A DNA stretch of 64,000 nt, from contig NC_068991.1 in assembly GCF_001194135.2 (NCBI RefSeq), forward strand, positions 27,069,371 through 27,133,370, written 5' to 3'. The notes under the pieces are model-generated. The model ran no database searches. It was not told where the DNA came from and worked only from the letters and a program-made list of their open reading frames with translations. Every line of letters begins with the position of its first letter. Within the stretch, counting starts at the first letter, position 1. A program made the position numbers and the translations under genes. Positions 51,612 through 64,000 of the stretch are shown here, piece after piece. Origin of the DNA: Octopus bimaculoides (Eukaryota).

Positions 51612-51665
51612 CATGCTTATTAACAGGTCCATGCTTATTAACATTTCCATGCTTATTAACATGTC
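51612..51665. repeat. Three tandem 18-bp units catgcttattaaca(ggtc/tttc/tgtc)
   Basis: Directly visible. Confidence 0.9.
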
Positions 51666-53424
51666 CAGAAGCATTCAGAAAGCTACCAAACCTCCCATTG
51701 TTATAAGTGTGTCCAAAACAATCATCAATCTATGGGCATGTAATAACAATTTGTCAATAGGCACGCCCATTGAGTGTGTTCCGAAAAAATGAAAAGTTAT
51801 CAGCCTTGGTTATCTCAAATTAGGTCGACCGCGATCCAAAGTCAGACTAGTGAGATTAAACTTCTCTTTCTACGGAGGCACAAGCATACTGATTAGAGAT
51901 GATGCGAGTAATATTTCAAAAGATTAAAACCAATCTTACGCATTTCAATTATTAAATGCATAGACTTAATATACTCAAAACGGTGAAATATATACATACA
52001 CACTGAACAACACGCACAGGCACCCATACATGCACAAACATACACATACATGCACCTACGCACGCGCGCGCACACACACGCATACACACATACACACACG
52101 CACTTGTGTATATCACGTGGAGCTATGCAATGCGGTTACCTTGGTTTGAAACAGAAGTAAGTTTCAGCTGATGCGATAATGTGCAAATATGTAAATTTCT
52201 CACGTCTGATGGCACAGAGGAAAGGCATGCCACCTGGACTTAAGATAGCGGTCTTGCAATTGGCAGTAGCGAAATATACACGAAAGCTAAAATAGAAAAG
52301 TATTCCCGCATGTATGAAACATGATATGCTTAATTACAAATATTAGTCATTTTTCTCAAACGCCTGATAAATTTATTCAACAGAATTAGCGAAAATTTTA
52401 CTACAATGACATATATCTGAGAACATCCGTTACGTTTTGATGGCGTTGTTAGAACGGGTGAGTACAATGTGATTTGTGAAAACGGCTTTAATTGCCGTGG
52501 ATGCGATATCATGTTATATGTTCGCTCACGTTGTCCAAAAATTGTGCGAGTTTACTGAAAGCTGTCGCAGTAAATGGTATTTATTTTTTTCTGATATGTG
52601 TATCATTAAGTCTAGAATTCTACCAGGCGTTTTATACCGTTCACGCAAAAACGAAGCAAGCGACAAATCACACATGTTTTGGCTTCTCACCTCAATAAAG
52701 AAAAACAACCATCAATGTTTTCATTCTTGTTGATTTCAAGTACACAGTCATTCATGGGTAAACCTTTCTATTGGCCTCCAAATATAATTATTTCATTTAT
52801 TGACTGTCAGATGCGAACTGGTAGTTCATCAATCCCACAAGGGGTAACAACATTTTTTATTCGTTATTTATCACTGCTATTGAACCTACCTACAATTATT
52901 TATGTAATTCGATCATTGTCATATGAGTAAAAGAACAGGGTGACACCACTATCATAATGCGTATTTTAACTACATGGCGGGCAGGATCACTCACTGTATG
53001 GAGATGTAGCGACCAAACTGGCCTGGATTTTCTGATTCTGTCAATGTTATGTTTCAGCAAAACCGAAACTTAACATAGGCATTATGCGAGGTATAAGTAA
53101 TACGCAAATGTCTGAGTAACTCTAAAATGTAATCTGAGACACTAAAGCAGATCATGCCAGAAAAATAAGAACATTAATTAAGCAAGGACCACAGAATAAT
53201 ACACAGTCGGCTTTACAACGGTAATGGTGAAGGCTAATTTGTGTTACTCAATTGTTCTACAGGGGGAAAAGATTCAGTGCCGAGTGTAACAGTATATCGC
53301 TTTAAATAGTGATAACATTTTCAATACTTGAATCACATAGGGCATATGCATATATGCACACTTATATACACACACATACATACCTACACACACATACATA
53401 CATATTTATGTACCTATATATATA

Positions 53425-53489
<65 letters not shown>

Positions 53490-54439
53490 NNNNNNNNNNN
53501 NNNNNNNNNNNNNNNNNNNNNNNNNNNNNNNNNNNNNNNNNNNNNNNNNNNNNNNNNNNNNNNNNNNNNNNNNNNNNNNNNNNNNNNNNNNNNNNNNNNN
53601 NNNNNNNNNNNNNNNNNNNNNNNNNNNNNNNNNNNNNNNNNNNNNNNNNNNNNNNNNNNNNNNNNNNNNNNNNNNNNNNNNNNNNNNNNNNNNNNNNNNN
53701 NNNNNNNNNNNNNNNNNNNNNNNNNNNNNNNNNNNNNNNNNNNNNNNNNNNNNNNNNNNNNNNNNNNNNNNNNNNNNNNNNNNNNNNNNNNNNNNNNNNN
53801 NNNNNNNNNNNNNNNNNNNNNNNNNNNNNNNNNNNNNNNNNNNNNNNNNNNNNNNNNNNNNNNNNNNNNNNNNNNNNNNNNNNNNNNNNNNNNNNNNNNN
53901 NNNNNNNNNNNNNNNNNNNNNNNNNNNNNNNNNNNNNNNNNNNNNNNNNNNNNNNNNNNNNNNNNNNNNNNNNNNNNNNNNNNNNNNNNNNNNNNNNNNN
54001 NNNNNNNNNNNNNNNNNNNNNNNNNNNNNNNNNNNNNNNNNNNNNNNNNNNNNNNNNNNNNNNNNNNNNNNNNNNNNNNNNNNNNNNNNNNNNNNNNNNN
54101 NNNNNNNNNNNNNNNNNNNNNNNNNNNNNNNNNNNNNNNNNNNNNNNNNNNNNNNNNNNNNNNNNNNNNNNNNNNNNNNNNNNNNNNNNNNNNNNNNNNN
54201 NNNNNNNNNNNNNNNNNNNNNNNNNNNNNNNNNNNNNNNNNNNNNNNNNNNNNNNNNNNNNNNNNNNNNNNNNNNNNNNNNNNNNNNNNNNNNNNNNNNN
54301 NNNNNNNNNNNNNNNNNNNNNNNNNNNNNNNNNNNNNNNNNNNNNNNNNNNNNNNNNNNNNNNNNNNNNNNNNNNNNNNNNNNNNNNNNNNNNNNNNNNN
54401 NNNNNNNNNNNNNNNNNNNNNNNNTATATATACATATAT

Positions 54440-54600
54440 ATGCGGCAGGCGTCATTCTATCTCCATCTACCAATTCAACTCACAATGTTTTGGTCGGATC
54501 GAAGCTATAGTAGGGGACACTTGCCCAAGTTTTCACGCAGTGGGACTGGAACTGTAGCCATGTGGTTGGGAAGCAAGCTTCTTACAATACAGCCACGCTG
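54440..54600 (-). mobile_element. Family B SINE 5' half; its internal microsatellite runs into the gap
   Basis: RC cgtggctgtattgtaagaagcttgcttcccaaccacatggctacagttccagtcccactgcgtg. Confidence 0.8.
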
Positions 54601-55260
54601 AGTATATCTGACTCACACGCACACACACGCACACACACGCACACACACGCACACACGCCCGCACACATAGCACAGTGAGAGGGACAAATAATTTACAGAT
54701 AGAACGAAAAAGACAGAAACTAATAGAAATGTGCTCTGCGCATCATTGGTCCTGAATAAAATGTCTTAACTTCGACACCATCTGAAATCCAGTTTCAGCA
54801 ACGTTAGCTTCTGAGAACGCTGTAGACACAATTTGAGATGAGGATAATGACAAAGACGGATAAGTTCTGCAGAATGAATTTTAATTACAGACAATACTGG
54901 GCAAAATAATATGTATAACTAAGATGCCTTTCAGCTTGAAAACAGATTTATGCCAAGTTCACTTATGGTAGATAGTATATGCCTTGAAGCATTGAAAATA
55001 AACATATAAAATAATTAATTGGGAAATATTCGAAGAATTGACAAGAGAAGAACAATCTGCATCAGTAGATTTAATAAACCATTCTAATCCGAATTCAGAG
55101 AGTGTTATTGAATAATAGAGGCACCTGATGCAGCGGCATGGTACGACGAACGGAAAGTTTTGTTAATAAAAACTGAGATAAGGCTACTAGTTCGGAAGAT
55201 ATCAGCGCATAATATACATATGGAATATTTTCAGCATTACATACGGCTACACACACACAT

Positions 55261-55261
<1 letters not shown>

Positions 55262-55356
<95 letters not shown>
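55262..55356. repeat. (TAGA)n microsatellite
   Basis: Directly visible. Confidence 0.93.
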
Positions 55357-55357
<1 letters not shown>

Positions 55358-57463
55358 GATGATTTTATTCTTCCTTTTGGGCATCTAAATATTAATGTTT
55401 TTTTTTCTTTTTGATATGATGCACTTTAAAAGTACTTCAAACCTGCCTTTCGGTTACAGCTCGCATATTCTCTGGAGCTCTGTTTCACAATTTTCAACCC
55501 CAAGGTGAGGCGCAATACAAATGCAGTTTGTATTTTAGACAAGGCGGAAATTCATTTCATTATTTATTATTACTTTTAAATAACCTCGCATAAAAAAATC
55601 CTAAATGCTTAACAAAGCTTTACCTAAAGAGTATACAGTACATTTATATGACAACAAAGAAGGCACCTGCAGATATATGTAGATGTGACAGGCTAATTAT
55701 CCAATGCCTTTCAAAGAAAATTAAATGAATTCTTCTCGTGACTTTGAAATTACATTCACGGTTCAATTTCTTTGCTATCTATTAACAATGCCTTTGTTTA
55801 ATAATATGGATTCAATATGGTAATACCAGAAGGTGTATTCTTTTTAATCTCAGCTATAAGCCAATGCATAAATAAAATGTTTTGAATTTTCTAAACAATT
55901 TTTTTTTGTTCATATTTATATTCTATAGTTAACATTTTTCATTGCTCTCCATATAAGCAGGTGTTATAATTTATGACATTAAGTGAAATATACATAAGTT
56001 ATTCTAACACTCGTATCACTGAAATGTATACGTTAGTAAATTTTACTGAGAAACATTACGAACGTGAATACTTGTTTCTCTGCAGTATGGTATAATGTGT
56101 TTCTTTTTGTGCTGCAATGGTAGTGCATATCGCGTCTAATTTTAATACATGAAATAGAAGCTGAGACTTACATACATACATACGTACACATACACACACA
56201 TACACATACACACATACACACATATATACATATATATACATACATACTTAATATGTACACATACATACACACACACATATATATATATATTTATATTTAT
56301 GTATGTATCTATGAGTGTGTGTGTGTGTGTGTATGTATGTATACATATGTGTGTGTGCATGCATATGTGTGTTTGTGTGTATATTTATGTGTGTGTGTGT
56401 GTATATCTATATATATATAAGCTGTATTTATATCGTATGAACAAATATTATGTACTCTTGATGACACAATATAATGTAAATTTAGCAGGTGTGTGCACTC
56501 TTCTACGTTAACTGTAATATATGATATGATAGTTTTAATAATTGCACTCTTTACATTTGGAAATATTTCATATAAATTTATGACTTTTATCTGTGTGTCT
56601 ATTGATCGGATCTATCACAGTAAGTTGAAACTAAAATCATCACATTGTAGAAGATTAAGTCTATCTATTTAAGACACACAATTTCTTTCTTAATAGTACT
56701 GTTTACTATCAAATGTTAAAATGGAACATAATCATGTCAGTAACAAAGTCGAAGAAATATGGTAACATCTTTGACACTTAAGAGACTGTACTATTAACAG
56801 ATAAACGACAAAAAAATAGAAATTATTTTGCTAATTTTCAAAAGACTAAAATCCATCGTTCATAATTCAATTATTAATGCATAGATTTAATGTACTCGAA
56901 ACCTTAAAATGTACACATACACTCACACCTGTGCATACACACGCACGCACGCGCACGCAGACACACACACACNNNNNNNNNNNNNNNNNNNNNNNNNNNN
57001 NNNNNNNNNNNNNNNNNNNNNNNNNNNNNNNNNNNNNNNNNNNNNNNNNNNNNNNNNNNNNNNNNNNNNNNNNNNNNNNNNNNNNNNNNNNNNNNNNNNN
57101 NNNNNNNNNNNNNNNNNNNNNNNNNNNNNNNNNNNNNNNNNNNNNNNNNNNNNNNNNNNNNNNNNNNNNNNNNNNNNNNNNNNNNNNNNNNNNNNNNNNN
57201 NNNNNNNNNNNNNNNNNNNNNNNNNNNNNNNNNNNNNNNNNNNNNNNNNNNNNNNNNNNNNNNNNNNNNNNNNNNNNNNNNNNNATATTTACATAATTAA
57301 GATAAAGTCATTAATTAAGGATTTAACAGTGGCCAGCATACAAAGAACCATATGGGCTAAATTAATATTTAAAGTATAATTATGATTGCAGCGTGGAAGG
57401 CATTTATAAGCCATTTAAAAACACAAAAAAACCCGTTAGATTCACTTCAAAATTTAAATTTAA

Positions 57464-57514
57464 TTTGTCAAAATATTTTCGTCGCTTTGAAATCGCGACC
57501 TGTTCACTGACAAA
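57464..57514 (-). ncRNA. Candidate minimal type I hammerhead ribozyme with G3-C8 swapped core
   Basis: RC: UUUGUCA-GUGAACA-G-GUCGC(GAUUUCAAA)GCGAC-GAA-AAUAUU-U-UGACAAA, giving a 7-bp stem I, a 5-bp stem II and a palindromic stem III. Confidence 0.6.
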
Positions 57515-57899
57515 AATTCGTGCTGCGCTAATTATACTTTAAACATTAATTTAACACATACGGTCTTTTGTACGCTGGTCACTGATAAATCATTAATTAA
57601 TTACTTTATCCTCATTATGCGAACATATTTGCTGCAGAATCATTCTGATTAAATATTCACATGAAATGGACAATGAGGTTTTTACTTCGTATATATGTAT
57701 GAAGGCATGTATATATTCGTATTTGTACGTCTGTATATCTATGGGTATGTATACATATTTCTCAGTTGTTTACCGTCGGTGTACCCTACTGAAGATTGTA
57801 ACGCAATTTCAATATTGCAAAATATGAAATCTTATGATATAAGGTTGTCCACAATATTTTTATAAATCTTTTCTGTCCATTTTCCTCGCATACAGCCTT

Positions 57900-59130
57900 G
57901 TGTTAAACGAAGTGCTAACTTAAGTGGTTTGTAGTTATTTGACGTATATCTCTATCGTGCAGGCTACGTCCCTCCAGCTGGTTACTACTCATTCCTAAGT
58001 CTTTGTTTACTGCGCCATTCTTTTCAATCTTGTCCTTATTTAGCTAAATGGTCTTCTCATCGTCATGGAGGCCTTCTAAATGACCTTTTCCAATCTCTGT
58101 AATATTCCACGGCAACAGGACGGGTCCACTTGCGAACATTGTAACATGTCCGGCCCAGCGAGAGTATGTGCTCGGTATTCTGCTAGTGTACTCCACTCTA
58201 ATCTGCGGTTATCTACGAGCGTACTCCACTCTGATCTCGAATTATTTCGTTTTGAATATGCTCTCGTAATGATATTCCTTACAAGGAACTTTCCATGGCA
58301 TTTTTCGTCGTAGCCAATTGATGTTCGTCAATTTTAGTTTTATTCCAAGACTTACTAGCGTATAAGACCGCACGTAGGATTGTACCATTGTGGAGTGTGA
58401 CGCGAATGATGTTGTCCAGCTTTGATTTGAGTACATACTTTATTGACGTAAACGCCTTTTTTTCCTAATCTTATTCTCTTTGAGGTTTCGGCATCCATAT
58501 CCCCATGCATATTCACTGTGTGCCCTAAGTAGATGTACTCTTTTATCGCCTCGATTTCATCGTTTCCTACTTCTATTCATCCTTGTGATACATCTTCCGA
58601 CCGCATATATTTTGTTTGCTTGTAGTTCAATTTAAGACCTACTGTTAAGCTCTGAATCTCCAATTCTGTCGGCTCAGTCTGCAGCTGATTTGTGGTTTCG
58701 GCGATGAGCGCAAAGTCATCTGCGAAACGGAAGTTTGTTAGGAACTCGCTGTTGATGTTCCAGCAACCTGTTCAGTCAATGTCACTGATGACCATTTCTA
58801 GATACGAAATAAAGAGCTTTGGAGAGATGTTATCTCCATGTTTGATGTCCTTCCCAACTGGATCTCTTACCAATGGCAAGAGCAGAATTATATTTGTTGT
58901 GCACCCAGAATTCGCATCTTTTAACAGTTTGATGTATAGCAACTTGACACCCTGCATTTTCAGACATTTCATCACTGCATTCATCTCGACGCTATCAAAG
59001 TTGTCAGCGAAAGCGATGCACAAAAGCAGCTTGTATTCATTGACTCGTTCTCTAGAGTGAATATGAGATCCATTGTACTATAGTTTGACGGGAAAATTCT
59101 TGGCTGCTAATCATGAAGGTGTTCCTACTA
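57900..59130 (-). mobile_element. RTE-clade LINE RT fragment, degenerate
   Basis: CIAFADNFDSVEMNAVMKCLKMQGV...KDIKHGDNISPKLF; NINSEFLTNFRFADDFALIAET; KEYIYLGHTVN; GISLREHIQNE. Confidence 0.85.
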
Positions 59131-59189
59131 TAAGCACAAGACCAGAAATTTTTGGTGAATGGATTAACCGATTATATCGAACCCAGGCT

Positions 59190-59810
59190 TCTGTTGAAGA
59201 ATGAAATGTCCGATTTTTTATGCTGCAATTTTGATAGTCGTCAACTCTATCCTAACAATTCGTTGTTTTACAACATCGAAGAGTTACTTTTCGAAATACA
59301 ATTCGTGATGTCTGATTATATTGTGAGCTTTCTCTTGTAAACCCATGGCTAGATAAAATATTCGTGTTGTTTATAAATATGAGTTACTTCGTGGAACCAA
59401 TGCATTCCAGACAGCTCGAAACATGAATAAGATTATTGGTGAAGCCGTGGCGAATGAGCACACTGTACGTCGATGGTTTGAGAATTTCCGGTCTGGTGAC
59501 TTTACTCTTGAAAATGTGTCCCGTGGTAGACTGAGACCAAAGAGAATAATGATGAGCTGGAAACTGTAATGGCAGCGTATACATCTCAAACTACGCGTGA
59601 GTTAGCATGAAGGTTTGATGTTTCGATTCCAACTGTATTGGACCATCTGAAACAAAGGGACAAGGTAAAGAAGCTGGGCAAGTAGGTACCACACGAACTA
59701 AACGAGCACCAAATGACACGTCGTCTTGAGACTTGCTGTTCTTTGCTGTCATGATATAAAAGCGAATCAGTTTTGAATCGTATTGTTAAGTATGATCAAA
59801 AATGTATTTA
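59190..59810 (+). mobile_element. Mariner (Mos1/Hsmar-like) 5' fragment
   Basis: RGTNAFQTARNMNKIIGEAVANEHTVRRWFENFRSGDFTLEN..RGR; SQTTRELA*RFDVSIPTVLDHLKQ..KVKKLGK*VPHELNEHQ. Confidence 0.87.
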
Positions 59811-60146
59811 TAGAGTGCAAAATAAGCTTCTCCTAAGCAACCAACTCTAGGCTTGTATTTTTAGAAAGAAATCTATAAGTCCATCTACGAATGCTTGGGA
59901 ATCGACGATCGCGTGTGATGGCAAGTGCGATTCTAGTGCGAGTAAATGTGATTCCAAAAACGATAATAACTTTTTTTTATTATGAACGATCTCGTCATTC
60001 TTTTTACTTTACATAAAATATTCATTACATTCTACTGTTGTTTTATTTTCATTTATTTACGAGTAATATAAATTCTATAGGTAAAATATTTTTCTGGGAA
60101 CAAATTACGCTTTATAACATTGTTATTATGGGTAATTATTGCTCTC

Positions 60147-60185
60147 CTTTACGAGTTTTCGCTTTACGAGTTTTCGCTTTACGAG
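60147..60185. repeat. 2.6 tandem copies of the 15-mer ctttacgagttttcg, probably a subterminal repeat of a small DNA transposon
   Basis: The repeat is visible; the transposon assignment is inference from the adjacent aattaactcgtatatcaagg. Confidence 0.55.
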
Positions 60186-62574
60186 CTGTCTGTGGAAACA
60201 AATTAACTCGTATATCAAGGCATTAGGGTCCGTGAGATATAGCTCTCGGTAAAGTTAATTCCAAACGCATTATAGCCTTTCATTTCGTGATGTAGATCAT
60301 GTACCTTATCATATGTAGTTTGCATATATACCTAATTTCATAAAAAGGCTTTAGATTCCTGCAAAATTAATGAAGTAGCAAACGTAATGAAGATGCCACG
60401 CATTGGGATGGATCTCGTTACAACGTGGCTAAAATGTATAGTTTTTGGACCAACAGTCATGCCTGAGAAAATATATTTAATTTGTTCGAATATTGCATCA
60501 CCGATGAAAATAAAAAACCTCCTTCTGGTTATTGATTTATTGGTTTAAAAGTATTATGTAATAACTATGTTCAATAAATCCAGTCTGAAAAGTTCTATTT
60601 GACAAGTTTAATGTATGTAATATCAAATTTTAAAGTGCCTGAATGTTATATATTCCAGACATTATATAACGGTATTAGATCATAGAGGGTTATGCATACA
60701 ACATACACAGTAATGTCATCGTTTTCTCTTTTATGAGAAAAAAAAAAGATAATATATCTTCTCTATTTGATTGCATTAGCCGTTATGTAAAAGGTATTAA
60801 ATGGTTAGAATATATTAACTAAATATGTGAGAAAAAACTTTTATATGGATTAAATGATTTCCATATATTTTATCTATTTGTTTATAGTTAGTTTTGCGGG
60901 AACTAGTTCATTTGCAATTATTGCGATTAATAATCTTAACGTGCATGAAGATGTCTGCAACATACTCAAAGAATGAATATTTAAGTAAGCACCATAGATA
61001 AGAATAAATACTTGTCGGTAAAATACTGGTTATTCAAATGATGAGGTGAATAACAAAATTGCAATAGTCACTAATCACGAAGTTCGTTTCTATTGCATGA
61101 CAAATTCGATCATTCCTTCAGTTCGGCTCAGGTCTGTCCTATGAATGAAACTGGTTAGGCAGACACTCTGCACAACTAGTTCAATGCATCGAATCGATTT
61201 AACGCAACCGCTCTTTAGCAGAGCTCAGTCTGTTTCAATGACTTGCACTAGGTCTGCAGTCCCTTTATATATTTAGATTCTTCAAAGTAACCATGAGTAC
61301 TGTTATTGCACCTCTAGCAAAGAATCAGAACGTCAACACAAATATCAGAAAACATGTACCATGAACCTGCCCGTTCCAATATTTGATTTTATATTAATAG
61401 ACTCAGAGAGCATAGTGTAGTAACTGACAGAATTATTATATTCTCAAACTTTAATTTCTCTCGATATCTTGCATCGTTGAATTTATGAATTTAAAGTAAA
61501 TTTAATGCAGTGAATCTAATGTACTTAAAATCACCTTTTATATGGTATCTAGATAGCATTTGTACAGAAGTACACATAAGTAACCCATAAGTTTGCTTGC
61601 AAAATTTTATTGCATTTATATATCTCAACATTGCTGTTAATGCAATGCTACTATTCAAGTATATGCAGTAGAATCTCACATACTAGAGGAAATCTGATAT
61701 CGTATAAATCCGAAGAACATTACGTACGATTTTCTAATCTTCATTTGAAATAAAAACAGAAATGTTGTAAAAAAGTAACAAAATAAGGAAAGGTAAAAAT
61801 TTAACCAGATGTGTTCGAAATAAGGTTGATAAGTTTTAATCTGAATGGTGGCTGATTTAGGAAATAATGACGAATAATTCATAGACATATGGGGATTTGT
61901 TATGGTGTCAAAAATAAAAAAGCAAGAATATTCTTGCAACTCTAACAATACCGATACCGATGTTGGCGATAATAATTTTAGTGAGACAGAAAAGATGATA
62001 CAGGTATGTTATTTAATTTATTTTTTATACCACCCCGGTATCATAGACGGAGATGATTCGGATGAAGAAAATGTTTTGCTAGGGAAGCGTCGCAAAGATA
62101 ACAAATAGTGATACATGATTTATGTAGTGTGATTTCAAGTTCCGATTATATTCATAGATAACATCTCTCTATATATATCGTATATATATATATATATATA
62201 TTGATGTAAATGTGTATGTTCATATGTACGTGTATGTTTGAGGTGCATAAAGGAATGTCACACCCATAAAAGCAGATACCGTGTATAATGTAAATATATA
62301 TATATATATATATNNNNNNNNNNNNNNNNNNNNNNNNNNNNNNNNNNNNNNNNNNNNNNNNNNNNNNNNNNNNNNNNNNNNNNNNNNNNNNNNNNNNNNN
62401 NNNNNNNNNNNNNNNNNNNNNNNNNNNNNNNNNNNNNNNNNNNNNNNNNNNNNNNNNNNNNNNNNNNNNNNNNNNNNNNNNNNNNNNNNNNNNNNNNNNN
62501 NNNNNNNNNNNNNNNNNNNNNNNNNNNNNNNNNNNNNNNNNNNNNNNNNNNNNNNNNNNNNNNNNNNNNNNNNN

Positions 62575-62860
62575 CAAGTTCGTTGGCACTCCGAGACTTT
62601 CGAGCGTGATACCAATCTTCAGTTATTTTGAATTTGAATAAAAGAAGTTGATTTTTATTACCGTAAGGTGGGCTGTGATTGGTCGAGGAAGGTCATGCTA
62701 TGTCGTGGTTTGATGATGGTTGAACTATATATCAGTGGCGACAGTTAGTTGTAAAACACCGTACGGTGAACAGGAAATCGACCACGTGGTGGACAGGAAA
62801 TCGACCGCGTGATGGACAGGAATTCGGTAAGGTTGCTGGAGGGGGAGGTAGAAAGGGACG
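62575..62860 (-). mobile_element. Penelope-like terminal repeat fragment, inverted relative to the 63.2-63.9 kb copy; includes 23-bp tandem repeats at 62770-62827
   Basis: RC of 62575-62674 aligns with 63769-63868 at about 85/100 (hand count). Confidence 0.7.
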
Positions 62861-63249
62861 GTATGCGCACGTACATAGTTGTATATGTGGGTGCGTGGAC
62901 GTGCTCATATGGTTTTGTGTGCATGTTTGTATTAATGCGATCGAATGCATTTGTATATGGGCGCGCACATGCACAACCACACACGGACACACAACACACA
63001 CACACACATATATATATAAATATATATATATATATATGAAGAAACATGCGCGCGCATACACACACTTGCATACACATGGACGCACACATACGCATATCCA
63101 CACATGCGTATTAATTCATCTGTACAAGTCAGGCATTCATACATGCACGCATGCATGTTAGTGTCAATCCCGAAAGTGCACCCCACATATGAAAGACCTT
63201 GAGAGCTTCGAGTCCTATGGAACATTGTAGAGAAGGTAAGGTCTCGGCA

Positions 63250-63870
63250 TGATTCTCAACTTTTCCTTAAATCCCTAAATGAGTATATGACCAGCATTAA
63301 ACAATTACCCAACATACACACCCTCGCAATCAAAGCAAAGAACATTTACGAAATAAACATCAAGAGAAAATACTCCGAGACGAAACATCCAGCATCGAGT
63401 GGACTATTGTCGACACAGCCTCACCATATTCACCCGGCACTCAAAACTGCCAGCTCTGCCTCCACGAAAAACTGCATATACTCTAACAACCAGCAGTATC
63501 CATCAAACAGAAACACGGTTCATCTTATTGCTGTCACCAGCAGTATGCCCTTCTGGCGTATTTCAAGCCTCTGATTGCCAATAACCCGGATATAGCACGA
63601 TAGTGCCAGCTGCTACTCTGCACCACCTGCACCAAGGACACCGTCCTCAATAAACCCCTTGAGCAGGACCTCTAATTACCAATTCTCAACGCTTACTAAA
63701 CCCCAACACTTACCACTTGTGTGTGTGTGTGTGTGTGTGGGTGTGTGTGTGTGTGCGTGCGTGTGTGTAGCCCACCTTACGATAATAACAGTCAACTCCT
63801 TTCAATCAAATTCAAAATGGCTGAAGATTAGTATTACGCTTGAAAATCTCGGAGTAGCAACGAATTTGAA
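63250..63870 (+). mobile_element. Third Penelope-like remnant (GIY-YIG C-terminus plus 3' terminus)
   Basis: SSIEWTIVDTASPYSPGTQNCQLCLHEKLHIL matches the PLE W-x-I...PY...C-x-LC-x-x-EK motif. Confidence 0.8.
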
Positions 63871-63967
63871 TCAAACTGCTTTGATCCATACATGTAACTC
63901 CCAATAAATGTTGAGTGCCTTTCTTTCGTTTGTCCACTCACTCATATATATATATATATGTGTGTGT

Positions 63968-64000
<33 letters not shown>

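Noticed and set aside
52740-52850. Minus-strand IIIFGGQ*KGLPMNDC, Kelch-like
   Set aside because: It is interrupted by stops, has a single repeat and no splice support.
62770-62827. 23-bp tandem repeats (also the 18-bp and 15-bp arrays) as CRISPR-like
   Set aside because: The units are contiguous with no unique spacers, the context is eukaryotic and there are no cas genes.

Overview
AT-rich eukaryotic (animal) draft-assembly DNA with 13 N-gaps, most flanked by microsatellites. The SINE and microsatellite content resembles what I recall of Octopus genomes; this is inference, not a database result. No intact host gene is supported, and almost all long ORF-track entries are artefacts of N-runs or simple repeats. 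The window is a transposon graveyard. It holds three Penelope-like (RT/GIY-YIG) remnants, three Dong/R4-type RLE LINEs sitting in (TAA)n arrays, two L1/Tx1-type LINE fragments, an RTE fragment, two mariner and one maT/Tc1-like DNA transposon, MITE/foldback hairpins and three tRNA-derived SINE families. The most interesting unexplained signal is a set of hammerhead-ribozyme-like folds in short repeat termini next to microsatellites, at 865-909, 9561-9633, 41978-42014 and 57464-57514, all on the minus strand. The best one (57464-57514) has perfect stems I and II, a palindromic stem III and a compensatory C3G/G8C swap of the conserved tertiary base pair. Three of the folds carry an extra nucleotide between A9 and stem II. 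All alignments and folds were done by eye, so coordinates of degenerate elements are approximate.
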